Part shown: positions 12,145 through 26,251 of the stretch, in pieces | Numbering within the stretch: the stretch's first letter is position 1 | Layout of the letters: the number at the start of each line of letters is the position of its first letter | NCBI GenBank assembly: GCA_951406725.2 | Contig: OX597836.1 | Location: 25,482,001 to 25,546,000 of the forward strand | Source of the DNA: Octopus vulgaris | Lineage: Eukaryota | DNA: 64,000 bases | Direction of reading: 5' to 3' | Program-made: the position numbers and the translations under genes | Notes under the pieces: model-generated | Told to the model about the DNA's origin: nothing | The model's input: only the letters and a program-made list of their open reading frames with translations | The model's database searches: none

Positions 12145-15100
12145 AGAACCACTGATATATGGCACGTGTTTGTTATATATATATATATATATATATATAT
12201 AACAAACATATACATATGAGAACCACTGATATATGGCACGTGTTTGTTATATATATATATATATATATATAACAAACATATACATATGAGAACCACTGAT
12301 ATATGGCACGTGTTTGTTATATATATATATATATATATAAACAAACATATACATATGAGAACCACTGATATATGGCACGTGTTTGTTATATATATATATA
12401 TATATATATACAAACATATACATATGAGAACCACTGATATATGGCACGTGTTTGTTATATATATATATATATATATATACAAACATATACATATGAGAAC
12501 CACTGATATATGGCACGTGTTTGTTATATATATATATATATATATATAACAAACATATACATATGAGAACCACTGATATATGGCACGTGTTTGTTATATA
12601 TATATATATATATATATAACAAACATATACATATGAGAACCACTGATATATGGCACGTGTTTGTTATATATATATATATATATAACAAACACATACATAT
12701 GAGAACCACTGATATATGGCACGTGTTTGTTATATATATATATATATATATATAACAAACATATACATATGAGAACCACTGATATATGGCATGTGTTTGT
12801 TATATATATATATATATATATAACAAACATATACATATGAGAACCACTGATATATGGCACGTGTTTGTTATATATATATATATATATATAAACAAACATA
12901 TACATATGAGAAGCACTGATATATGGCACGTGTTTGTTATATATATATATATATATATATATATAACAAACACATACATATGAGAACCACTGATATATGG
13001 CACGTGTTTGTTATATATATATATATATATATAACAAACATATACATATGAGAACCACTGATATATGGCATGTGTTTGTTATATATATATATATATATAT
13101 ATAACAAACATATACATATGAGAACCACTGATATATGGCATGTGTTTGTTATATATATATATATATATATATAACAAACATATACATATGAGAACCACTG
13201 ATATATGGCATGTGTTTGTTATATATATATATATATATATATAACAAACATATACATATGAGAACCACTGATATATGGCATGTGTTTGTTATATATATAT
13301 ATATATATATATAACAAACATATACATATGAGAACCACTGATATATGGCACGTGTTTGTTATATATATATATATATATATATATATAACAAACACATACA
13401 TATGAGAACCACTGATATATGGCATGTGTTTGTTATATATATATATATATATATATACAAACATATACATATGAGAACCACTGATATATGGCATGTGTTT
13501 GTTATATATATATATATATATATATAACAAACATATACATATGAGAACCACTGATATATGGCATGTGTTTGTTATATATATATATATATATATATAACAA
13601 ACATATACATATGAGAACCACTGATATATGGCACGTGTTTGTTATATATATATATATATATATATACAAACATATACATATGAGAACCACTGATATATGG
13701 CACGTGTTTGTTATATATATATATATATATATAACAAACATATACATATGAGAACCACTGATATATGGCATGTGTTTGTTATATATATATATATATATAT
13801 ATAACAAACATATACATATGAGAACCACTGATATATGGCACGTGTTTGTTATATATATATATATATATATAACAAACACATACATATGAGAACCACTGAT
13901 ATATGGCACGTGTTTGTTATATATATATATATATATATAACAAACATATACATATGAGAACCACTGATATATGGCATGTGTTTGTTATATATATATATAT
14001 ATATATATAACAAACATATACATATGAGAACCACTGATATATGGCATGTGTTTGTTATATATATATATATATATATATAACAAACATATACATATGAGAA
14101 CCACTGATATATGGCACGTGTTTGTTATATATATATATATATATATAACAAACATATACATATGAGAACCACTGATATATGGCACGTGTTTGTTATATAT
14201 ATATATATATATATATAAACAAACATATACATATGAGAACCACTGATATATGGCACGTGTTTGTTATATATATATATATATATATATATAACAAACATAT
14301 ACATATGAGAACCACTGATATATGGCATGTGTTTGTTATATATATATATATATATATATATAACAAACATATACATATGAGAACCACTGATATATGGCAT
14401 GTGTTTGTTATATATATATATATATATATATAACAAACATATACATATGAGAACCACTGATATATGGCACGTGTTTGTTATATATATATATATATATATA
14501 TAACAAACATATACATATGAGAACCACTGATATATGGCATGTGTTTGTTATATATATATATATATATATATAAACAAACATATACATATGAGAACCACTG
14601 ATATATGGCACGTGTTTGTTATATATATATATATATATATAACAAACACATACATATGAGAACCACTGATATATGGCACGTGTTTGTTATATATATATAT
14701 ATATATATAACAAACATATACATATGAGAACCACTGATATATGGCACGTGTTTGTTATATATATATATATATATATAACAAACACATACATATGAGAACC
14801 ACTGATATATGGCACGTGTTTGTTATATATATATATATATATATATAACAAACATATACATATGAGAACCACTGATATATGGCATGTGTTTGTTATATAT
14901 ATATATATATATATAACAAACATATACATATGAGAACCACTGATATATGGCATGTGTTTGTTATATATATATATATATATATAACAAACATATACATATG
15001 AGAACCACTGATATATGGCACGTGTTTGTTATATATATATATATATATATAACAAACACATACATATGAGAACCACTGATATATGGCACGTGTTTGTTAT

Positions 15101-15167
15101 ATATATATATATATATATATAACAAACATATACATATGAGAACCACTGATATATGGCATGTGTTTGT

Positions 15168-15198
<31 letters not shown>

Positions 15199-17010
15199 AT
15201 ATACATATGAGAACCACTGATATATGGCATGTGTTTGTTATATATATATATATATATATAACAAACATATACATATGAGAACCACTGATATATGGCACGT
15301 GTTTGTTATATATATATATATATATATAACAAACACATACATATGAGAACCACTGATATATGGCACGTGTTTGTTATATATATATATATATATATAACAA
15401 ACATATACATATGAGAACCACTGATATATGGCATGTGTTTGTTATATATATATATATATATATAACAAACATATACATATGAGAACCACTGATATATGGC
15501 ATGTGTTTGTTATATATATATATATATATATAACAAACATATACATATGAGAACCACTGATATATGGCATGTGTTTGTTATATATATATATATATATATA
15601 ACAAACATATACATATGAGAACCACTGATATATGGCATGTGTTTGTTATATATATATATATATATATATACAAACATATACATATGAGAACCACTGATAT
15701 ATGGCATGTGTTTGTTATATATATATATATATATATATAACAAACATATACATATGAGAACCACTGATATATGGCACGTGTTTGTTATATATATATATAT
15801 ATATATATAACAAACATATACATATGAGAACCACTGATATATGGCATGTGTTTGTTATATATATATATATATATATATAACAAACATATACATATGAGAA
15901 CCACTGATATATGGCACGTGTTTGTTATATATATATATATATATATAACAAACACATACATATGAGAACCACTGATATATGGCACGTGTTTGTTATATAT
16001 ATATATATATATATAACAAACATATACATATGAGAACCACTGATATATGGCACGTGTTTGTTATATATATATATATATATATATATAACAAACATATACA
16101 TATGAGAACCACTGATATATGGCACGTGTTTGTTATATATATATATATATATATAACAAACACATACATATGAGAACCACTGATATATGGCACGTGTTTG
16201 TTATATATATATATATATATAACAAACATATACATATGAGAACCACTGATATATGGCATGTGTTTGTTATATATATATATATATATATAACAAACATATA
16301 CATATGAGAACCACTGATATATGGCATGTGTTTGTTATATATATATATATATATATAACAAACATATACATATGAGAACCACTGATATATGGCACGTGTT
16401 TGTTATATATATATATATATATATAACAAACACATACATATGAGAACCACTGATATATGGCACGTGTTTGTTATATATATATATATATATATAACAAACA
16501 TATACATATGAGAACCACTGATATATGGCATGTGTTTGTTATATATATATATATATATATAACAAACATATACATATGAGAACCACTGATATATGGCATG
16601 TGTTTGTTATATATATATATATATATATAACAAACATATACATATGAGAACCACTGATATATGGCACGTGTTTGTTATATATATATATATATATATAACA
16701 AACACATACATATGAGAACCACTGATATATGGCACGTGTTTGTTATATATATATATATATATATAACAAACATATACATATGAGAACCACTGATATATGG
16801 CATGTGTTTGTTATATATATATATATATATATATAACAAACATATACATATGAGAACCACTGATATATGGCATGTGTTTGTTATATATATATATATATAT
16901 ATAACAAACATATACATATGAGAACCACTGATATATGGCATGTGTTTGTTATATATATATATATATATATAAACAAACACGTGCCAAATATCAGTGGTTC
17001 TCATATGTAT
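12145..17010. repeat. Tandem satellite of ~70 units of about 66-74 bp: aacaaacatatacatatgagaaccactgatatatggcaYgtgtttgtt + (at)n, closed by an inverted copy
   Basis: Directly visible; the terminal segment aacaaacacgtgccaaatatcagtggttctcatatgtatg is the reverse complement of the unit. Confidence 0.97.
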
Positions 17011-18572
17011 GTATGGATGCACTTATGGTGTGTGTATGTGTAAATATACAAAATGTGTTATCAGAAATTGAAACTAGGATTTTACAAGTGTCTTTCTGTT
17101 ATTCTCAGAACTTGTGCTCTGAATTTATGTGTGCTATATGTCAAATTTGCCAAAATCATAAGTGAAAAGGAATTCAGTTAAGATAAACTGATTAAATTCC
17201 ATTCCTACTTACCTATTTGAACTTTAGCATGTGTATAAATTCAAAACACTTTTCACAAGACATTACATATTTTTTTTCATCCCTTACTCCCTCTTTATTC
17301 AATGATTGTCTGAGAGGTAACATCTTTGTCTGTCTCTCCTTTTTCTATCTTCTACTCATTGACAACTGGTTTATCAACAATGGTAATACTCTCTCCCTCT
17401 CTCCCTGTCTCTCTCTCACCTCTCACATAATTTTTGTGGTAAACCTACACGACATTCCCTTATTCCCTTTCAGACTAACATACGGACTTATTCCAACTTT
17501 TTCTCTTTTCTCTTTTACTTGTTTCAGTCATTTGACTGCGGCCATGCTGGAGCACCGCATTTAGTCGAGCAAATCGACCCCGGGACTTATTCTTTGTAAG
17601 CCCAGTACTTATTCTATCGGTCTCTTTTGCCGAACCGCTAAGTGACAACTTGTGGTTGTCATGCTAAACTTTTTGTCTCAATGTATTTGAAGTACTCCCA
17701 AATCACCACCAATATTTCTTGAAGTCTTTGCTCAACTGGCCTTCTCCAAACCCCACCCCTAGTCTTTCACTGCTCTACCAAATTTATCACTAGTCTACAC
17801 TAACACTTATCACACACTGACACACACACACACTGACACACACAAAAACACACGCATACACTGACACACACATTCACACACATGCGCGCACATACTTGTG
17901 TGTATGCGATTGTGTCTGTCCCCAATTTCCATCACTTGACAACCAATGTTAGTTTGTTTACATCCCTGTAACCTAGTGATCCAGCAAACAAGAACAAATA
18001 GAATAAAAACCAGACATTAAATTTATAAATGCAAGGGTTGATTTGTTCAAACTAAAATCGTTGAAGGATGTGAGGTTTAAAGTAATTTTTATTACCAAAC
18101 AGTACATTAATGAGACTTAAAAAAAAACAAAATCAGACAAATTAAAAAAGAACAAACAAAAACAAAAAAAAGAGAAACACAAAGAAAACACTTTGAGTTT
18201 TCTTTGTGGAAATATCTTAAATGTTAAACAACAAACATATTGTAACAGCTTTGTACTCTTGGAATAAAAATATACTTTAAAAAAAAACAAAATATCTGTG
18301 TTCATTTTTATAACTTGTATTGGATAAATATAATTCATTGTGATGGATAGAGGTAGGTATGGCACGGCTGTATTGTAAGAAGTTTACTTCTCGACACATG
18401 GTTACAAGTTCAATCCCACTGCATGGCACTTTAGGCGAGTGTCTTCTACAATATCTACAAGCCAATATATATATAAATGTTGGAGAAGGACACTTAGCTG
18501 TTTCTTGTAAGACCAATACAAACATCTAAATTAATATTTTTTTTAGAGACTCTTAGAATATTATTGTGGACC

Positions 18573-18625
<53 letters not shown>

Positions 18626-18627
<2 letters not shown>

Positions 18628-20135
18628 TAGCATATGCTAAACATTATAGGCCTATATATATATAGGTAGCAGATGCTAAAAATTATAGGCCTACCTCTCT
18701 GACCTCACACATCAGCAAAGTCATGGAATGAATAGTCCGCAAGAAACTAATCATGTTCCTTGAAAAAAATGACTTGCTGACTGACACCCAGCATGGATTT
18801 CGACCAGGTAGAAGCTGCCTAACACAGCTCCTGCAACACTATGACTGGGTGTTAAAACAGCTACTAAATGGCTCAAATGTGGATGTAATATATCTCGACT
18901 TTGCAAAAGCCTTTGATAAAGTCGACCACGGTATGATTTGTCACAAACTGCGTGGTCTCGGCATAGGCGGAAAACTTGGAGAGTGGCTGCACAACTTCCT
19001 AAAAGATAGAAGACAGGCAGTTGTGACCAATGGAGCCACCTCCGAGGAAACACAAATAACAAGCGGTGTTCCACAGGGCACTGTCTTGGGGCCACTGCTG
19101 TTCATAGTGGCCCTTTCAGACATGCCCTCAGTTGCTAAGATGGCCACCCTTGCTAGCTATGCAGATGACACAAAAGTCTCCCACACAATACAAAACCCTG
19201 AAAATATTGCGCATCTGCAACAGGAGTTGGATACAATATACAGGTGGGCTGAGGACAACAACATGCAGTTTAATGCAGGTAAGTTCCAGGCCCTGCGCTA
19301 CCGGCACACAAAGGTAAACGACGTGCAGACTGGATACACTGGCCCAGGAAGAATTGCAATCCCTGAGTCAAAATCAGTGCATGACCTGGGCATTGACATG
19401 AGCAATGATGCATCTTTCCAAGCGCATATTACTAATATGGTGATAAAATGCAGACGGCTAGCTGGATGGATTCTCCGAAATTTCAGAACAAGAGAGACGG
19501 AGACACTGATGGTCCTGTGGAAAACATTCCTCCTCAGCCGCTTGGACTACTGCTCCCAACTATGGTCACCACACAATATAAAACTAACAGCAGAACTTGA
19601 AGCAATTCAAAGAAGCTACACAAAGAAGATCGTCTCAATGCAAAATATCAGCTACTGGGAAAGACTGAAAGTATTAAACCTCTTCTCCCTAGAGCAAAGG
19701 CGGGAGAGATATGCGGTGATATACATCTGGAAAATCCTGGAGGGTCTTGTCCCAAACTTTGGCATTCAAAGTTACCCCAACTGCAGAACTGCATGGTGCC
19801 AAAGATTCCAACATCACCATCAAAATACAGGACCAGATACTGCAACAGCTTGGGTTTCAGAGGACCATGGCGGCTCTTTAACATCCTCCCTAAATGCCTG
19901 AGAGACTTGCATAGTGTGGATGTGGCTTTCTTTAAAACTAAACTGGATCTCTTCTTGTCGGGGGTCCCAGATGAACCTACCTCACAACAGGAGACACAGA
20001 TGCGGGCAGCGGCATCGAACTCCCTTGTTGACCAAGTGCCACGTATCAGAGGTGGATTCACATATTAGTGTAGCTCATTCAGCGGTGGTGCCCCAGCATG
20101 GCCGCGGCCTTCGGGCTAAAACATTTTTAAGGATT
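18626..20135 (+). mobile_element. 5'-truncated CR1/L2-group LINE, reverse transcriptase domain (ORF 18753..19901 plus frameshifted C-terminus 19793..20068)
   Basis: YRPTSLTS, QHGFRPGRSC, YLDFAKAFDKVDH, SGVPQGTVLGPLLF, YADDTK and LDYCSQLWSP motifs; one upstream stop and a frameshift near 19790. Confidence 0.92.
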
Positions 20136-20171
20136 TATATATGTACATGTATATGTATATATGTATATATA

Positions 20172-21060
20172 CTAGCTGAATGACCTGGCATTGCCTGGGT
20201 TAATGCTGTTCTAATTCAGATTAGTAAACAATAAATATAAAGATATATTCTCATAATTATTTCAAAATATCTATATTTTATTTAAAAATATCCAAATTGT
20301 AATGGTAATAGAATTTCAAACTGAAAATCTGTTAATCTTGAAACACTTCAGAGTAAACAATATTGTGTAAGTTTTTCTTGGTGTCCAAACAAATAAATTG
20401 TTGCTGCTTCCAACTTTTGAGCAACCAGCATGTGTTAATGGTGGGAGAAGCATGTACTACCTTGAGGGATTGATCCTGAGATTTGTTAATTGAAATACCA
20501 AAACTTAGTTTGACTGGAAACTGAAACCTCTGAAATTCAAATGGAACATCTGTAGGTATGAAAAAAAATTTTTGGAATGAAGACATTTTCTCCTTTGTGA
20601 CTACCTGTTATGATTGTTGCCTGGAGGACATGGGCCTTTATGGAAGTAACAATGAAGTGAGTTCCATTACACAGGCGAGGTGGGTCAAGATTCATAAGCA
20701 ACATAATAGGAGCATCCAGCTTTAGTGTCAAGTTATGCAATGGCATCCCAGTGGGTTTAAGTGTGTTCAGAAATTCAATAGGGTATTGATCAGCCTGATC
20801 TTGATCGACTGCTGTCAATTGATCGAAAAGCCATTTTTGCTGTATCTGTTAACTTTTGAAGAAGTTCCTAATTGAGTTTATCAACCATTTCATTAAATGG
20901 GGACCAGTATAGCTCTTTCACACAGCCAGTTTACATCAGTCTAATTGACAAGGAAATACTTCATCCATAAGATACCTAAGAGAAATACCATTTGACCACA
21001 TGTTATTTCATGTAGCTGAATTCTTGAATTGAATGTTAATATCCCATTACCAATCTTAAG
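20172..21060 (-). mobile_element. Helitron 3' fragment with degraded PIF1-type helicase C-terminus
   Basis: EFLNTL.PTGMPLHNLTLK...PIMLL.NLDPPRLCNGT, FQRFQFPVKLSF.ISINKSQ.QSL and NIVYSEVF; 3' hairpin cccaggcaatgccagg followed by CTAG|T at 20175-20172. Confidence 0.88.
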
Positions 21061-21170
21061 AAGCTCGCATGATCACTTTGTAGAAGTACTCTGATGTTGC
21101 TTGTAACATGAAGTTTTTTCACGTCTCTAAAGGTAGGATTTTTTGAAGCATGTATTGTAATCGTGTAATT

Positions 21171-21945
21171 ATAGGTCGTAAATGTGATTTAACTGCTTCA
21201 GAAAAATCTGATATCATTTCTGAGCTTGCCAAAGGAAAATCAACATTAGAAATGTCTAAAATAATTTGAAGATATCACCAAACAGTCAAAAGAATTTTGA
21301 AAAGATATGTAAGAGAGCCGACAAGGGATAGTCGAGGGCTTTTTCTCCACGTATTCTGTCACGAATTATGCGTGATGCTGTAAAGGAGTCTGGTCTTACA
21401 AGTGGAGAACTTTTCAAGCGCTTTGGCGAAGCAACTGTGTCCAGAACTAACCGATGTCATCTGAAAAAGGTCGGTAAACCAGTGACATCAGTTAAAATGC
21501 CTCCTTTAATCGAAGTGTGCGTGCATGCAGAAGATGACATGAAGGTCGACTTTTCAAAAGTTTTTTTTAGGGACGAAACTCGTGCTACCCCTGATGGATC
21601 TGATGGTTGGAGCAAGTGCTGGGTTGTAAATTGTGGAAATCGTGTTCAACGATTGAAATGCCAACAAGGGGGTGGAGGCATCATGATTTGGGCAGGTGTT
21701 ATTGGAGGCATTATGGTTGTTAAAGTACAGGTAGATGCTTACTCAGCCTTTCTGAGTGAGCACCTTGAACCTTGGTTTTAAAAAATCAGACAATTGCCTT
21801 CACGACGACAATAATTAATATTCATGCAAGATAATACTCACTCGTACTCTGCAAAGAAAACTACGGAGTATCTGCAACAATTAGGCTTCTGCGAACCTCG
21901 GAGGACGAAGTGGCCTGCTTGTTCCTCTGACTTAAATCCTTATGG
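21171..21945 (+). mobile_element. Degraded Tc1-family transposase (resembles the DD37E/TRT type)
   Basis: GRKCDLTASEKS..., FSKVFF.DETRATPDGSDGW, QQGGGGIMIWAG, MQDN and WPACSSDLNP; stops and frameshifts. Confidence 0.85.
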
Positions 21946-22222
21946 AGTATTCAAAAAGGACCTGTTTAACAATATCTGGTTTTGTGTTTTTTCTCTTTCT
22001 CATTTTTGCTTTCAGGATAAGTCCACCTAAAATAATTCTAGTTGTGATCAAATCTTTGAACGGCATCAAATATGTGAAATTTTCCTGTATATTTCCTTAT
22101 AATTTATATCTTCAAAAAACAAGTTCTCTTTGAGAGTGTTCATCTTGTTCTTTCGACATTTTTTCCTCTGAAGAATAATATTATTTTCACAAGTTTTTTG
22201 TTTGGATTAAATAAATACACAC

Positions 22223-22301
<79 letters not shown>

Positions 22302-22449
22302 AAAAGGAAGGTGAAAAAATTTTTTTTAAACATTTTATTTCAATTTCAATTTTTTTCTTTAAATATGGTTCATGAAAAAGAATTAAATATGAGTTTTTTT
22401 CCATTTTACTTTCCATACATATATATATATGTATATGCATGTATATATG

Positions 22450-22490
<41 letters not shown>

Positions 22491-23035
22491 GTATGTATAT
22501 ATACATATATATATATGTAGGTATGTATATATACATATATATATATATATAATGTATATGTATATATATGATGGTATGTCTGTGCGCGCGCGCGTGATTG
22601 TATACTGGTGATGGTAAGTGAAAACATGACATGATCCAGTATGAAAAAGTATGTGAAGAGAAGAAAGATAAGAATAATGTGAAAAGAGAGAAAAGGGGAG
22701 AGAGAGAGAAGGAGAGAGAAAGACAAAAAGATAGATAGAGAAAGAAAGGGAGAGAGAGAGAGAGAGAGAGAGAGAGTAGTGTTTTGATCAGTTAATCATT
22801 TATAGATTCGAAATATAAAACCATGCAGTTAGATGGAAATTGAAGATCGATGGTTCATAAGAAGAAAGAAAATGGTAAGGAAATAGAAAATGAGCGAACA
22901 TTGGCTACAATTTGCCGTCCAAGATGGCAACAAGACCAAAATTATGGAAGCAGACGTAATCACATAAGAGGATAAAAGCAATAACGTTTATACATACATA
23001 CATCACTGTGTGTGTGTGTGTGTGTGTGTGTGAAA

Positions 23036-23070
<35 letters not shown>

Positions 23071-23196
23071 TATGAATAGTTAGATTTGGTATAGAATTAC
23101 ATAATGGTAAAAAATATATGTATGTATATATATATGTATATGTGTATATGTGTATATATATTTATATGTATATATTTATATGTATATATAAATATA

Positions 23197-23234
<38 letters not shown>

Positions 23235-23382
23235 GTATATACACACACATATATATATGTATGCACCTATATATATGCATGTATGTATATATGTATATAT
23301 ATATATATATATATGCATATATACATATATATGCCTGTGTGTATATATATTATTATATGCATGTATGTATGTCTGTATATTC

Positions 23383-23416
<34 letters not shown>

Positions 23417-23617
23417 ATGTGTGTATGTAACACACATGCATGAGAGTGTAAGTAAATGTTATTTTGAGCGAGAGTCTATTTTTCTTGATTTTGGTTGAAA
23501 TCTGGCGTTACATGCAACATCATGGCCCGCACATCATGTCCTCGTCAAAGATGACCGGGTTTTATGGAAAACATTGTAAAATAAATAGTCAAGAAAATAT
23601 GTAGCGTATGCTTCGCG

Positions 23618-23648
<31 letters not shown>

Positions 23649-23670
23649 ATGCGTACATACATCCATACAT

Positions 23671-23722
<52 letters not shown>

Positions 23723-23725
23723 GTA

Positions 23726-23777
<52 letters not shown>

Positions 23778-23851
23778 CATACATATACACACATAGATAT
23801 TTGTGTGTTTATATATATACAAATATATGTATGTGTGTATGTATGTATATT

Positions 23852-23882
<31 letters not shown>

Positions 23883-23924
23883 CATCATCATCATCATCAT
23901 CATCATGATATATATATACATACC

Positions 23925-24005
<81 letters not shown>

Positions 24006-24234
24006 ATACATAGTGATGAACAATTCATGAGGTTTTGAGCACGTTGCTTCATAATTATGTCCCTTGCTCGAATCTTTAAATTGTAATTATCTCCCTTGGA
24101 GTGAATAAACGTTGAAAAAATTTTTTCTGCATTTAAAAAATTTTGATTATTTTTTTTTTGGTCGAAGCACTTTCATTCCCTTTGAAATATGTCTTGAAAT
24201 ATATTTTGTGAGGAGTTATCCGGACACACGTCTT

Positions 24235-24370
<136 letters not shown>

Positions 24371-24607
24371 TATATATATATGTATGTATTGATATATTTT
24401 CCCCTCTCCGAATATTTCGGTATATTTGTTTCTTCCACGAACTGTTACAAGTCGGGTTTGAAATGTAGATTGAAAGATCCATTTTTTCAGTTTGGTTTTG
24501 CTAATATCACGGCGTAGACAACTGTGATTGACTTGAAACTTCCAAGGACGATGCAGTCATTTTTTTTTTTTTAAATAAATGCGTAACTGTAAGAAGTTAC
24601 TCGGCTT

Positions 24608-24678
24608 TCAAGTGATCATACAGGCCATTGGAGAACAAGTTTTCTGGCCATGGAGTGTGACCTTGCGCCGAATTTGCT
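24608..24678 (-). CDS. ANKDD1A: ANKDD1A-like terminal coding exon: (E)QIRRKVTLHGQKTCSPMACMIT*
   Basis: tttgcag acceptor in phase 1, matching the previous donor; 71 nt ending in TGA; ends in a CaaX motif. Confidence 0.82.
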
Positions 24679-24750
24679 CTGCAAATATAATACATGGAAA
24701 AATATTAGAATTTATTAACGACTAGTCTTGAACGTTTTTGTCTAGTAGTA

Positions 24751-24782
<32 letters not shown>

Positions 24783-24799
24783 ATAGTAGTAGTAGTAGT

Positions 24800-24846
<47 letters not shown>

Positions 24847-25353
24847 TAGTTCATTCTTTCAATACTAGAGAAGCATTGTTAAATCCTTATTGCCGAATCG
24901 ACGAAAGAAATTTTACCTGGTAGCACGAACTGCTAGAAACAGGAGCTAACTTCCCTCAAGTGTCACCCTAACGTGTTAAAAATGGACGACACAGTGAACA
25001 ATGTTGTCCTTGATATATCAAATAGGATAATCACGTCTAAGGCGTCCTTGATTATAGATCAGTTCACCGAGCGCTGACCTCGGATTAGATAGCAACACGT
25101 CCTCATCGTTACCCCTACTCTGTTATCTATCTGATAACAGAGTATCACGGCCACAACATCCCCTACATCTGTACATCTGCTATACATTTTACACAACAAC
25201 CGTAGACATTACTAACAACTCAAAAACCACAAAGTCAGAATCACTGTCACAGACTCAAGTTGTGACCTATCATCCGCACTCGTGATCAGTTCCTCAATTT
25301 ATTGATTAGTCCTCAATTCCTCAATTTATTGATTAGTCTATTGACTAATTTAT

Positions 25354-26251
25354 ATTGGTGTAAATGCTTCCATAAAACTGAGCAACATACTATAAACTTA
25401 GTGCCCAGATGATGCTAAATTATTTTACACATTATGTCTGCTGTCCAATGTCATGTACGAGATTAGGACGGGATTTTGTGTAACATAACCTACTACGAAA
25501 TTCGAAGCATGCTACCGATAATATCAAGCGGGTTCTGAACGCATCTAGTACTCACCTGAGAATCTCAGACATTTTAGAAGAAATTTAATGGCTTCAAACT
25601 TTGGCACCGGACCAACAGTCTTTGAGGGGAGGGGTAAGTGGATTACTTAGACCCCCTCCAATGGTATTTAATTTGTTGACCTCGAAAGGGTGAAAGGTAA
25701 AGTGGACCGCGTCGGAATTTGAACCCAGGGCCGTAAAGACGGACGAAATGTCTCTAAGTATTTTGCTCGGCGTGCTAACACCGAACTATAATATTGATGA
25801 GTCAGAAAACTTCTAGCACGTGAACAGTAATTAGCTGGAACGCAGCAAAATCACGTCCTAATCCCGTACATGTCATTGGACAGCAGACATAATGCAGTTC
25901 TATATGTAAGAGATGAGGAATTATGTACACTATTTACCTTATTTCCATTTGACAGATATTTGTCCTCATCTTGTTTGTTGTGAACACAACGTTTCGGCTG
26001 ATGTACCCTCCAGCCTTCATCAGGTGTGATTGGGAAATTTCGAACCTGGGTTCTCATTCCCAAGACACCTGATGAAAGCTGAAGGGTATATCAGCCGAAA
26101 CGTTGTGTTAACAACAAACAAGATGAGGACAAATATCTGTCAAATGGAAATAATATAAATAAAGCAGACATAATGTGTAAAATAATTTAGCATCATCTGG
26201 GCACTAAGCTTATTGTATGTTGCTCTCTCTTATGGAAGCATATACACCAAA
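25354..26251. mobile_element. MITE with ~125-bp TIRs containing a SINE B and an inverted Penelope-like insertion
   Basis: Left arm 25354-25480 is the reverse complement of 25845-25894 plus 26163-26251; 13-bp duplication agcagacataatg at 25882 and 26163. Confidence 0.75.

Noticed and set aside
12145-17010. CRISPR-like array (constant 48-bp repeat with intervening segments)
   Set aside because: The spacers are only (AT)n rather than unique sequence, there are no cas genes, and the context is eukaryotic; it is a satellite
20332-20818. Host PIF1 helicase gene
   Set aside because: Intronless, frameshifted, and followed by a Helitron 3' hairpin and CTAG, so it is a Helitron remnant
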